A stretch of DNA of 63,403 bases, counting the filler, from Reticulomyxa filosa (Eukaryota > Protista > Foraminifera): the NCBI GenBank assembly GCA_000512085.1. It is 19 parts of 19 records of this genome, joined end to end, with 100 filler letters (N's around TTAATTAATTAA, not from the genome) between each part and the next. Parts side by side here need not be neighbours in the genome. Positions count along the whole stretch, not along the records: positions 29,750 to 45,592 come from ASPP01018591.1; positions 45,693 to 49,308 come from ASPP01025574.1; positions 49,409 to 56,694 come from ASPP01009179.1; 16 more parts are not named here. The stretch is one strand, 5' to 3'. The notes under the pieces are model-generated. The model made no database searches. It was not told the origin of the DNA and saw only the letters and a program-made list of their open reading frames with translations. Shown here one piece after another: positions 36,902-49,509 of this stretch. The position numbers and the translations under genes are program-made. Positions within the stretch are counted from its first letter, which is position 1; the number at the start of each line of letters is the position of its first letter.

Positions 36902-38094
36902 ATGAATACAAACTGTCCTGACCCACACTTAATTGATGGCATTATTGGTTTAAATCATACATCATCGCGAAAAACATCGGGCAAATTACTAAAAAGTAAG
37001 ATAATCCAGATTTGCTACGTCCTTTTTGTTTGGAGTGTGTTTGGTCGTTTTGTAGGTTCCACGTCTCGCTCTCATTTATCCAGAACTGTGACAATCCCCA
37101 GTCGTTTTGAAACCATTTTAGAAGCAAAGGACTCATCATCCACCACAAAAGGATTTAATTCATCTTCGAAAAGGTTCCCTGGTTGTCCAAACTTTCTATC
37201 GGTAGGAAAAAGTTTGACAAAGTTGTAGCCTTAAGTCAATAACTTTTTTGTTCATGGCCTCTACAACTTTATTCTTTTCGTTTTGCTTTAAACATGTTCT
37301 TCTAGACGTCTAAGAAGAGTCTGTGTGCATAATCAATATCTTTAAAAAGACAGAATCGCCAGGTCCAGGATGGTACGATTTGGAAGACAAACACAATAAT
37401 CCTTCCTTTTCAAAGAGTGGATACACTTCGGGATTTGTTTCAAAAGTTTTGATCAGAAAAAGAAGGTAATGTGATTCAAAATATCAACGACTGTACAAAA
37501 AAAAATAAAGCAACAAAGAGATGGACCATTGCTAAAAAGAAAATGGAAAGTGCCTGATCCTGGCGCATACTTCAGAGAGATCCCATTCACATCTCATCAC
37601 ATGTTTTCTAACTTTTCAACCACATTTTCAGGAACAAAGCGCTTTGAACCAAATCTTAACAAGTTGCCAGACACAAATATTGGTCCTGGGAGTTATAAGG
37701 TTTGATGTGCTTTCCAATAAGAAATTAATTTGCATTCAAATCATAAAATCATAATTCAATTTTGAAAAAAACTGTCAGAGCATACACCCAGACGACGTTT
37801 CGTACTCAGATTGGAATGAAATCAGACCTTCTCCTTTCTTTCTTTTGGCCACAAGGCGACCAGAATTAAGAACACAAAGTGATCACAAGCAAAATATTAA
37901 ATACAATTCATTGGAAAACAGATTTTGTGAAATGACAACACCTCCCAAAAGACAAAAAAAAGTCTTTCCGTTCAACACTTGCGCTGAAAGATTTTGTGTA
38001 TGTAATGATGTTATATTTATATAGGAACATATCCCTTAGTATTTTATTGTTTGTATTGAATAGGAATAAGGAATTATTCAATGAAAAAGTGTAA
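36902..38094 (+). CDS. STPG1/MAPO2-like SHIPPO (PGP) repeat protein, multi-exon
   Basis: Spliced translation gives TIPSRFETI..KGFNSSSKRF, ESPGPGWY..SFSKSG..GFVSK, VPDPGAY, FSGTKRF, IGPGSY and PFNTCAERF. Most of it is missed by the ORF track. Confidence 0.75.
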
Positions 38095-38446
38095 AATACT
38101 ATTAAAAATTTTAAGTTGTGAATAATTGTATTAAAGGATTTACTTTATCAAATTTTTGAGTAACAAAAACGTTCTATATGTTTAAATATTTGAAGAAAAG
38201 TTGTACTAAGCTCACTTAAAGTTCCGGCTCATTCGGAAACCTTCACACGGCACTGCGTTGTTTTTTTTTGAAAAAAAGAGAGTTTAGAAAGGGCTCTTTT
38301 TGTTGCCATTTGCATAAGATGACGTCTTCTTCCGTAAAATTTCCAACTGCTTCTGTATGTAGACAATAACTTCGACCCTTCATTTCATATTGAGAAGAAT
38401 TGGATCAAATCAGAGCTATAAAAAAAAAAATAAATAGGCAAATCAA

Positions 38447-39602
38447 TTGGCACTTGAAGAAAGACAAGCAGCAAGTAGCAAAGGCAATGAACAAGAAAAA
38501 AATGTGATGGATATAAGTTTTAGTGGAAGATTGGTTGAGGAAGTAACAAAAGACACGGAATTGTATCTTGTGCGCCATGGAGAAACGGAATGGAATGTAG
38601 TTCACAAGTATCAAGGACAAAAAGACAGTAACTTGACCGAGAAAGGTAAATTGCAAGCAGTACACGTTGGACAGAGATTAGCGCACATTCACAGGACTGA
38701 CCGAAAATTCGCAAAGGTGTATGTGTCGCCATTGGGGAGGGCTAGACACACTGCAAAATTAATTCTGGAGCAATTTGACGATGCAGACAATATTGAATGT
38801 ATCTACATGCCTGAGTTGATGGAAAGAAATTTCGGTGAATTAGAAGTTTAATTTTTTTTTTTTTTTTTTAACACATACAAAAAAAAAAAAAATTAATGAC
38901 TATACGACAGGGTACCTCTTCGGGAAGCCTAGGCGACCAAGATTGTGATAACAAACCAGGAGTCACTGGAGAGTCGAGAAGAGAGATGCTCACGCGATGT
39001 TTGAAGGCCATTACAACTATCTATCAACAATGCCACGGGCAACGCGTCTTGATAGTGACCCATGGGGGATTTGTTGGTGCTTTTTTGGGCTACGTCTTGC
39101 TTCCTGATATGCCATTCCAAAAACGGTCCTTCTATGTTATCAATGCTGGTAAGCTTTTCCTCTTTTTTTTTTTTAAGCAATGATCAAAAGTACTTTATAT
39201 AAAAAAAAATGTTGTTTGCAATGTGTTTCATTTTTTCTTTTTTGTAAAGGTATATCCGTTGTCCATTATAGTGAAAAGGAAAAATGTGGTTTTGGCAAAG
39301 TTAAAATTAATTTTTTTTTTTTGTTGTTGGGAAACAAATCTTAGTTTTGTGCTTCTCTTCTCTTTTTCAAAATTGGTTGGAGAAAGGGTTCGGGATGGGG
39401 TGTGCTTTGCCAAAGGCTAAATGATAATGCTCGGATTCTCTGCGATCACAAGACCACTGACAAGGACTGGAAAAAATACATTGGCAGTCTTGGCCTGCTC
39501 CCCGCTTTTTGTTTGGTGTTAGGGTTTGGTGCAATTTTTGGGTACAAACACTATTTTAAATCGGCCGTGCCGCAAACACAAGTTTCTCAGACGGCACAAT
39601 AA
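38447..39602 (+). CDS. Histidine phosphatase (PGAM family) with a C-terminal TM anchor
   Basis: LYLVRHGETEWN, SPLGRARHTA, ELMERNFGELE, GES and VLIVTHGG, with a hydrophobic tail LLPAFCLVLGFGAIFGY. Start codon uncertain. Confidence 0.92.
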
Positions 39603-39945
39603 TTTGTTTTATTTTTAAGATAAATAATATATTCTTTAATTCTTTTACATCCGAATTCGAAGCTTACTCTACTGCATAACATTGAAGTTGACAGATGTCG
39701 ATCGTGCTTTCAATTGTATTATAATGTATCCACATTCAGTGAAATCGACAGCGGATCACAAGTTTTGAATGCAAACATAAATTTATGTTGCATGTGATAT
39801 TGCACAAAACTTGTTTTAAAAGTTAAATTAAAATTATTTCACAATGCTTTACTGTCATTTATCCAGTCGAAGTTGTCCTCAGTTGACGTAATGCAAATAA
39901 ACTTTCAGTTGCATTCTCCCTTTTTTTAATGGCGTATGCGAGGAC

Positions 39946-40734
39946 ATGAGGGCTCATAAACGAAATGTCAGTCAAGATCAACTACAAGATTTTCAATTGC
40001 CAACAGCCCAAGGTTTAGAACAGCATTCTGTGAACGAACATTCGCCGTTGCTCTCGGCAGTCCGTCCCGACGACGACCCTCCAAACGTGGTTGCAAAAGA
40101 AAGTGAGCAACCACTACCACTCACTGATGGCAGAAAAGTAGATAATAAAATTCAAATAAGCAATGACCAAAACGCAGAAGCAAGTGAAAATGAAAGTGAG
40201 GACGACAATAATGTAAAGCCTTTGTTATCTTTGGAAAAGCAAAGTAGCGAGGTACCGTCGCTTGCAATACCGCAGCTAATGGTGTTGTCAAAGGGTACGT
40301 CTGAAGAAGCGCAGCCATCAGTACTGGGTGAAATGGAAGAGCGTGAGAAAAGTAATGGAAAAATGAGTGAAAATAAAAAAAGCAATGAAAGTAATAATAA
40401 TAATAATAATAATAATAATGTGATAAATGAGAATCAATATTCAATAGATGGAATGAGTGAGAAAATGGTATCAATATCGGAAATGAAAATAGATAACTCG
40501 ATATCACGATTATTAGCACAAACTCGATCTCAATCTCAATCTCAATCTCAATCTCAGTCGCAAGTGGCATTGAAGCAAAAGGCATCGACGTCATTGGCAG
40601 TACAAGAGGTCGTGCCGCCTCCCCCAGTTGCGGCCGTGCTGGCAGTGACGGGTCAAGTGGACCAGTCGCAAAAGAGCACAAAAAGCAGAAGTGCAAGTAA
40701 CGTATCCCAGGTAATAGCACCGAGGCCGTTTATC

Positions 40735-40765
<31 letters not shown>

Positions 40766-42774
40766 TAGCAGTAGAGAGCAAAGAGACAGTTGCTCCCCAG
40801 CAGCCTATGTTGCCATTGTCGATATCTTCAGCTGCGGTTGTAGCGCCGCCCAATGACAGTACCAATGTTAATGCCAATGCCAATGTCAATCCTTCAACAA
40901 TTGTGATACCAGTCCCTGGCATTACTACCACGGTGACAACTACATTGTCTTCCATCACAGCCAATGGTGGTGTTAATGTCAACACGGCGAGCCAGCCCAC
41001 ACCCATTCTGATTAAACTTCGAAAAGGTAGCGATAACAGTCTCCCCCACAGCGTCGGCAGCTTTGATGACTTACCCAACGGTCAATCTCCAAATGCCTAT
41101 TTGTTGAACAGACGACCGACTTTGAATAACAACAACAGCAATGATAACATTGTCAATTCACAAAATGGCGTCCATCGCTTTAGCGTGGAACTCCCACTGA
41201 TCGATCAAAAGACTAACCAAGAGTGCGTCGAACAGATCATTCGCTACGACGAGTTTGAAATGTTTTGCTGCCAAAAGTGCTTTTCACAAAACCAAATGAT
41301 CGTTGATGACTACATTAACGTCATGCAATTACGAGGGGAATACCCTTTGAACAAAATGCATTACTACTCCATCTCTAATGTCTTTGTCGCGCTTCGCATG
41401 GATTTGGCCCGCAATAAAGTCGTGTGGTTTGATCATTTCTTCTTTGATTTCCTTTTTTACATTCGAAATAATGTACTTAATTTATGTGTACATATGCATT
41501 TTTTTTTTTTTGGGGGGGGTTCATTTTGAGCCATGGGTGTGTACAAATTATTTATGCACTTTTTGTACGTATATTATATATGCATATACATATATAAATG
41601 TGTGCGTGTACATATTTTTTTTTTTTTTTTTTTGGAATGCACAAACAGCATCCCGTACTTGGTATATTGACAAGACATCCGCATCACCCGTATGGTAGTT
41701 TGACTCGCTTTTGTGTGTTGATATTCTCTTTGGCTATTAGTATTTGGGTTTATGCAGCGATTCGAACTGATCGCTTCGGGTATGATGGTATGTGACGGTG
41801 ATATGGAGTTTGATCAATTCGGCGATTCAAATAATACTGAAACAATTGGCACGTTGTCCTTGTGTCCAAATGTGGAGCGACACCACCAGGGGGATTTTGG
41901 TGTCTTGTATTACATGTCTTATTGTTTTACTAGGGCTAGGTGGATGTGTCATCTACGCTATCTTCTTTTATTACTTGTATTCACAATACGGTCGGGCATT
42001 TTTAGTTTCTTATTTCCCAATGTTGGCAATCGTTACGTGCAAAAAAATAAAAAATAAAATAGTGAAAGTTTTTTTTTTTTGCATGTATACACACTTTTGT
42101 AGGTGTACACTATATTTTATCTTTGCCAAGTTTGCAAGGAGAAAAGGATTATTTTTTTTTTTGTTTCCCAAATCAACAATTATGCTAATAAAAATGGAAA
42201 AGTGTGTGTGATAAAAAAAAAGTCATGGGTGGCGGTTAGTCTGCTAGTTTCATTGGCCATGGTAAGTTGGAAAACTCGTTCAGAAAATCGGAAAAACCCG
42301 AACCAATGCAACTATGTTGTTTGTATCCAAGAGATTCGAGCGTTTCGACAATTGAAAGCAAATTTGCTGTCATTACGAGCGCGAGAAGATCACCCATTGG
42401 AACATTGTCAAGCTGTTCATATTGTAATGACACTCACCTCTGATCCAAATAAAATTCCCAAAAAACCTAAAATTCAAGAGGAAGACTTCAATCCGCTGAT
42501 CTCTTCACAACCTAATTTTGACGAACATTCCAAACAAGTTGAAGTTAGTTTGTTCATGCCACGAAGACGGGCGTATGCCAAATCAACATTTCACAAGAAG
42601 ATAAGGAAGTTTGCAGCAGAACAAGAACGGAGACAATCCATTTCACAAGCCCATAGACACCTTAGACACAATAGTGGTTCTAGCCTGCAACAGGTGCAAG
42701 TTATCTATGTACCCGTTAATACTGAAATATTTGACAAACAAGGCGTGATTGTTCAACTTACACCACAGCAATAA
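39946..42774 (+). CDS. Membrane protein with a long disordered N-terminus and about four TM segments
   Basis: First exon of about 1.45 kb. Second exon HPVLGILTRHPHHPYGSLTRFCVLIFSLA followed by hydrophobic helices. Third exon ends at 42774. Confidence 0.7.
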
Positions 42775-43528
42775 ATTTGTTTTACTTTTTCATTTTTGTT
42801 GTTTTGGCTTTTACTCGATGAATGAGAGATGTGGTTTAAAATTTTGATATTTACACTTTATATTGCTGCTTAAGTTCTGCTTTTCATATTCGTTAGTTTG
42901 ATATTTTCAAGTCGATATAAAGAAATAATGTCATGTTTAAAGATCTAAAGAGTTAATCTCCTGATGAGTTTAAGCCATAAAGGCTCTCCTGTTTCTCAAA
43001 ACAATATATTTACAAATCGACCAGCAAAAAAATATTTTCTCCTCATAAGATAAAAATAGTGACAATGCTAGAGGAAAAAAAAACAAAATTCGAAGGCTAC
43101 ATGTTGCCATGGCCAATTCACATTATAAAAATCGAAAAACATAAAACAAAAAACAACATCGCCACATCAAAACAATCAAACAAAAACAATCGAAAAAGAA
43201 ACAATTGGAAGGAATGCTAATCAATTCCTTTTGAATATGTACGCGGGTTCCATTTTCTCTCATGGAAAAGGGAAAAAAAAGTTACTAAGTTAGAAAAAGA
43301 AAGGCAAGGAGTGAAAAAAAAAGTTGAGAAGAGTAATTTTTATACTGTTTGAATAATTTTGTTCGTTAATATTAATGTACCTTCTTGGACAATAATCACG
43401 GAGCGATCTAAATAACAATCCTTTCATTTTTTTTTTGGATTTGCTTGAAATGAGCCGTTTTGATGAATTTTTTCTGGACAGGTTGGAAATAGGAAATGCT
43501 TGAGTGTGAAGGAAAAGAGTGCCTGCGA

Positions 43529-45592
43529 TCACTTTTCTTGTTGTTGTTGTGAAGCAGATTTGAGTTGAGAGGTGAAAGGCGGTGATGAATAAAGGGAAAA
43601 TTGTTGCATTTGTTGTGTCAAAGATAATTGCTGTTTATGAATTGGATCGGAGGTAATCCAATACTTATGTTGCATGATTTCGTCAGCAGAAATGCGATCT
43701 GCGGCAAGCCATTGCAGCATACGTTTCACCATATCATACAAATCCAAGTGCTCCAGTTTGTTGAATTGGAAGTATTTCTGTAATTTAAAAAATATGTACA
43801 CATATATATTTAGAGCAAAGTGAACGAGGGAGTAATTATTACTTGTGTAAATATTAATAATGTGATAATGTTTGTAAAAAGAGTCAAGCACCTCAAGACG
43901 GTGGGCCTGAACACGACTTTGAGAAGCTTGTTCCATTTTTAATTGCAAAGTATCTTCATAAAACAATTCCTCAAACTTTCGGTCGGACGAGTAGTGAATG
44001 AGTTTCTCTGGGATAAGGCCAATCATATTTTGCATTTGATTCAAATGGTCGATAGGACAATGAGTATTGAAAGCCATCGAGCCATGCAAGAATTCCAAAA
44101 TAACGCATCCAATAGACCAAATATCCACAGGTCTCTTCCAATACATTTCCAACACGACTTCGGGGGCCCGATAGTGTCGTGTTTGAATAAGGTAGTTGTA
44201 TCCATCTCGATACTTCCAGGTTGATTTGTCACTGGGATCATATTTCGGTTCATACACTGCGCTACCAAAGTCGACTAGTTTGATGCGAGTATTAATTGGC
44301 CAATGAAACGTTTTCTTTATTATGCCACATACATACATACACACATAGCTCACAAAAATTACAAATCAATAGTTTTTGTTTATTTGAAATGTAAGTGCTT
44401 ACACACATTTCCAATTGTCACCGCTTTCGTTGTTCCATCGACAAACACTATGTTTTCTGGTTTTAAATCCGTGAAGATAATGTCCCTTCGATGTAAAACT
44501 GATTATGTTTGGTTTTGTACAAGTCGCGAGCAGACATTTCGAATATGTTGGTTATGAATGTGAGTAATTATAGACATGTATTCGGAGATTGGTTTTTTTT
44601 TTTTTTTTTTTTTTTTTGAGGAAAACAAAAATAACTCAACATTGAATGGCAGTACATATTTGAAGTGATAAATCTCGAACTATGGGATCAGGGAATGGAC
44701 GGTAGCGATTCTTCGACATAATGGCATAAATGGAAGGGCCATACAATCGAAATACAAAGCATGGATGCTGATTCCATGAGAAATGTTCTTTCAAGTGAAC
44801 GCAGCAGCTAACAAGATCAACAAGCAAAGACATACATATATGTACATATACACATGTGTATATGCTGTGAATGTAGGAACAAACCTTTTTCCGTCATCTG
44901 AAGTAGTAATATGATGCAATATCTTAAATTCGGTTTTTGCAGCTTCAATGTATCGTGCAGAGTTTCGAATGATTTTTAATGCAATGTGTCTAGACAGCAA
45001 ACAACACAAACAAAAAAATGAAATGTGACGGGCCATGTTGTAAATGAATGACTAAACTTCCCGTCCACGATATCGATCGACTCAAACACTTTTGAAAATG
45101 TTCCTATTTTTTCGATGGAGAGGAAAGGAGGGGTTGGAATATAGCAATCAGCTTTATTTTTTAATTTGTATTTGATAAGATGAAAACATAATAATAATAA
45201 TAATAACAATGACAATAATAAATAATAATAATAAATAATAAGAGTGATATTAAATAATAATAGATTAAGTATGTGTTTCTTTGTGTCATGTACAACAAGC
45301 ATACGCACGCACCTTTGCCAAGAGTGTCCTTCAATATATCTACATTTTATATTTATGTCGTTGAAAAAGTTGAAAAGCCGCAAACAAGCAAAAAGGAAAT
45401 GACAAAACAAAAAACCGACATCGATCATGAACAAGCAAGCCTTTTTCAAATTCAATATAGCCTTTATCGTCTTTGCGATCTGTTAAATGTGCATATATGC
45501 ATATACATATATATATATATGTATACAATTGTATATAACAATATAGCACAAAAAAAGAAAAAAATCAAAACACCGAAATTTCTCCCTCCCCC
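43529..45592 (-). CDS. CLK/LAMMER-type CMGC protein kinase, multi-exon, 5' truncated
   Basis: GTFSKV, ALKIIRNSARYIEAAKTE, TDLKPENI, IKLVDFGSA, IQTRHYRAPEVVL, DIWSIGC and the LAMMER-position motif DHLNQMQNMIG. Confidence 0.92.
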
Positions 45593-46139
45593 NNNNNNNN
45601 NNNNNNNNNNNNNNNNNNNNNNNNNNNNNNNNNNNNTTAATTAATTAANNNNNNNNNNNNNNNNNNNNNNNNNNNNNNNNNNNNNNNNNNNNTAAAAATT
45701 TTTTGAATTGAAATGAACTGCAAAAATAAATTTGCAGTAATACTTGAGTCAGGAACAGTCGCAATATCCATTTCACCATCTTACAATACATCCACCAAGA
45801 TCTATTTGAAAAAAACCATCTCTTGATTGCATCGCCATTATCTTTCTTGTTGGAGCTTTCACGCGCATCCACGTATAAGTTTCTTTTCTTTGCCGCCTAT
45901 ATGCAAAAATAAATGATTATTTTATTATTGTAAAAAAAATTGTGGAAACACACAATGGTAATATGTAGAGTGAAAAGAATGTGTAATATGAGATGATTTT
46001 TTGAATATTTGAACTTGGTGATTCGCCGCGTCGTCGTTTTCAAGTCCTATTTTATTTTAAACAAATCAAATATGGAAAATAAATATATATTTATTTTCTT
46101 AACTTATTATTATTATTATATCAATAAGATATAATCAAT

Positions 46140-46897
46140 TTTTTTTTTTAAATACTGGAGCTATAACTCCAAAAAATTAACTTTCAATTTTTTTTTTTCT
46201 TTTATTATTATCTTATTTTTTTTCAATAACTTTTTTTCTTTTTTTTTTTATAATCATAATTAATTTTTTTTCTAATTTCTTTCTTTTTCTTTTCAATCCC
46301 CCCTTTTTATCTTCAAGTTTTTTTTCCCACCCTTTTTTATCTTTATATTTTTTTCCCAATCTTTTTATCAATTTTTTTTTTTCCCATTTTATATATTTTC
46401 ATCTTCTTTCCATCACCGTTTGGATCATTGACATCTATGCTAACACACAAACAAAATTATTTTTTAAATGTTTAAATAGAAACAAAAAATATAAATACCT
46501 ATTGTTTGGAGTTCAAGTTCACTTTCAAATTTTTTCACCTGTGGAAAAACACTCAAACACTTTTTTTTAATGTATAGGGGGAAGGGAACAAATATATATG
46601 TATATATATATATGTTTTTCTTGAGGGAATTCCTATTTATCACACAATCATATTACTTTAACAAAAGAAAAAAATATATATACGCAAATAGAACAAACCG
46701 TTATTGCTCCTTTCGGAGACGGGGAGGCCTTCAACCTCAAACTTTTTTGTGTGGATTGGAGTGGCAAATAGGTAACAATTGTATGTGGTGGGGGACTCCT
46801 ATACACAAGCATACAACAGATGAATATATTTTTTAAAAAAATAAAGATAAAACAAACCTTTTTTATTCCTTTCGGATACTGGCGTGGTTTCTACCCC
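46140..46897 (-). repeat. Second copy of the micro-exon cassette
   Basis: Units at 46858-46897 and 46699-46738, with the same downstream mini-exons and A-rich tail as 11037-11827. Confidence 0.75.
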
Positions 46898-46974
46898 TGT
46901 TCTGCTTGTTTTGCTGGATCGTTGTCATTGTACTATCTATTTTTTTTTTAATAACGTATACTACATATAAAACA

Positions 46975-48036
46975 TCACAATGATACATTTTTTTTATGTG
47001 GAATTATAATCTTAAAGCAAACACCAAAAAACAAAGTTTGTACATATATACGTATATCAAGAAACTGTTGGCGATACCAATTGGCCGTGTCAATTACGTG
47101 TGTTTGGCTGGCCTTTTTTGTTGTTGCAAAATGTGCAATCGTCGTGGTAATTTGCCCTTTGTACTCCACCAGTGCGGGCCATTGTGTGCGACGATTGATT
47201 TCAACATGCTCCACACGTTGAGCAACTGTTGCCCAAATTGATATTGTTTGAGATGACAGTGAGATCGATTGAATGATTGCACAAGCCAACTGTACACAAT
47301 ACCATAGCCATATACAATGATAGTTCTATTTGTATATGGCATCTCGTGCGCATTCGATGACAACACAATACCCTTTATATGCACAATCATCAGTTGCATT
47401 GTCGTGTATAAAACCAATATAACATTCACTACCAGATTATCTTGAGCAAATGTACTATCAGTTCCATCCACGACATCCACCTTAAAATTCGTGCTACTTG
47501 CCACAACGCGAGCAGCGTCAGTAGTACCATCATTTGTGCTTGCGCTGTCATTGCTACGTATATAGCCTTGACTCGAGCAAAGCACTATTTCTGGTCGTCC
47601 TAACGTGCTGTCTATTGTATTGTTTTTTTATATATATGAAATTGAAACATATTGCTATTATTATTACTATCAAAGTTTTTTTCACATACTTTACAAATCT
47701 TTTTTTTTTTTTAATTTTTTTAAATTGAAACATAAAGACATAATGAAAGTAACTGAAGTGCAAGGTCACACAATATCGAGTGGCACAATAGTTTGTTTTT
47801 TGCTTATTGTTGTGCTTGTTGGTGTAATAGTTTGCAGACTGTTGATTTGATTGATGATTATAATTGATTTGGTCGTTGTTATGGTCTTGGCACCGTTTGT
47901 TAGTGAAAATTGTACTTTGACTTGTGGAGTGGTGCCGACCATCTTTGGAAGTAATGACATTTGCGTCATTTAGAAGCAAACATTGAATTTGCGCGCACAT
48001 ATCTGCAACGCCAGCCCAAGAACTCGATCTCGCCAA
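46975..48036 (-). pseudogene. Decayed gene fragments upstream of the cassette
   Basis: Overlapping short ORFs in different frames with coding-like composition and Thr-rich tracts. Confidence 0.35.
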
Positions 48037-48508
48037 GAAAATGAAAAAAGGAGTTCTACGACTGTCTAATTAATCAATACATTTGATCAAGACAACTTTC
48101 AATTACATTTTCACTGGTCTAGATATAGATTTTTAATAGTTTTTTTAATATAATTTTTTTGGATATCTTTATAAGATACCATTTTGATGTTTCATGACTT
48201 TTGTCTTAAAGTCTTTATATAGTCAAAAACTTTTGGAAAGTATAAGTTGCTGAAAATTATGAATTAGCTTTGTAACAAATAATCACAAGATTATTTAGTG
48301 AAAAATGGGTATGAAAATAAATAAACAAAATTATTTGTTCAATTGATCGTGATCTATATCCAAATTCAGGGCTGGAACATTTGAGGTGACTCTGAATATG
48401 TTGGTTTTGGAGAAGGGTCAAGTACTGATTTTTTTTTTTTGGTTTGTTTGTTTTGTTGTTTTGAGTACTCGCTTTAGAATTTTTTAGAGTTTTGTTTTGT
48501 GATATAAA

Positions 48509-49264
48509 ATGTTTTGCTGCTGTCGCAGGACGGAAAGAAGGCAAGATGCCAAAAACGACACGAACGAAGATACATTAAGCACAGAAGACCAAAAGTTAGT
48601 GCGTGAACACACAACGAAAATATTGGCGGTACTGAAAGAAGGAAAAGATGAAGAGTTGAAAGAAATATCGGAAAAGATATTGTCAGTCGGTATGAGTTCT
48701 CGTCGCAAAGTGTACAAGGAAATGCTGAATGTAGTGATCGAAACGTATAAATTGCCAAAATCAGGAGAGGAATTTGACGAAGTAATAAAAATGAATGAAA
48801 CAGCGAGATTGGAAAGATTCAACTCGGAACTGGTGGAAGAAAAGGTATGGCGATATACCGTGCCGGAAAGTTATGAAGCAGTGATATCCAACATGAATGA
48901 CGCAATAAAAGAGAAGCAAACAATTCGAGCATACACTACCGGCTATGGATGGACAAATATCAATAAGGGAGAAGGATTGCTAATGAATATGTCCAAACTA
49001 AAGAATATTAAAACAACATTAGAAAACGAGACATTCAATGAAAAAGGTGAGCAACTGTATACTCAAAAGCACTTAGTATGGATTGAGTCAGGAGTTAGGT
49101 ACATTGACGTGGATAATCTATTGTGGCCAGAGAATAAGAGACAAGTTTTGAAAGATGAAACAACAGGAGAAAGCTATAAAATGATTAACAATACTCCTGG
49201 ATTTTTGAAATTATCTATTGTTGGCACTGCACAAGTTGGTGCAATGGGGATGGGTTCTCAGTAG
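48509..49264 (+). CDS. FAD-linked oxidase (PCMH/FAD_binding_4 fold), 5' exon
   Basis: PESYEAV, IRAYTTGYGW, LLMNMSKL, VWIESGV and LSIVGTAQVGAMG follow the pattern of the aldonolactone/cholesterol oxidase FAD domain. Confidence 0.72.
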   Translation: MFCCCRRTERRQDAKNDTNEDTLSTEDQKLVREHTTKILAVLKEGKDEELKEISEKILSVGMSSRRKVYKEMLNVVIETYKLPKSGEEFDEVIKMNETARLERFNSELVEEKVWRYTVPESYEAVISNMNDAIKEKQTIRAYTTGYGWTNINKGEGLLMNMSKLKNIKTTLENETFNEKGEQLYTQKHLVWIESGVRYIDVDNLLWPENKRQVLKDETTGESYKMINNTPGFLKLSIVGTAQVGAMGMGSQ

Positions 49265-49277
49265 TTTTGTGTGTGTT

Positions 49278-49308
<31 letters not shown>

Positions 49309-49509
49309 NNNNNNNNNNNNNNNNNNNNNNNNNNNNNNNNNNNNNNNNNNNNTTAATTAATTAANNNNNNNNNNNNNNNNNNNNNNNNNNNNNNNNNNNN
49401 NNNNNNNNTCTACAACTGTATTAAAATTATATCATATAGAAATCGATCAATTTAAAACTCAACACAAATCAAATCAAATATAATCTCTAATCCTAAAAAA
49501 AAAATATAA

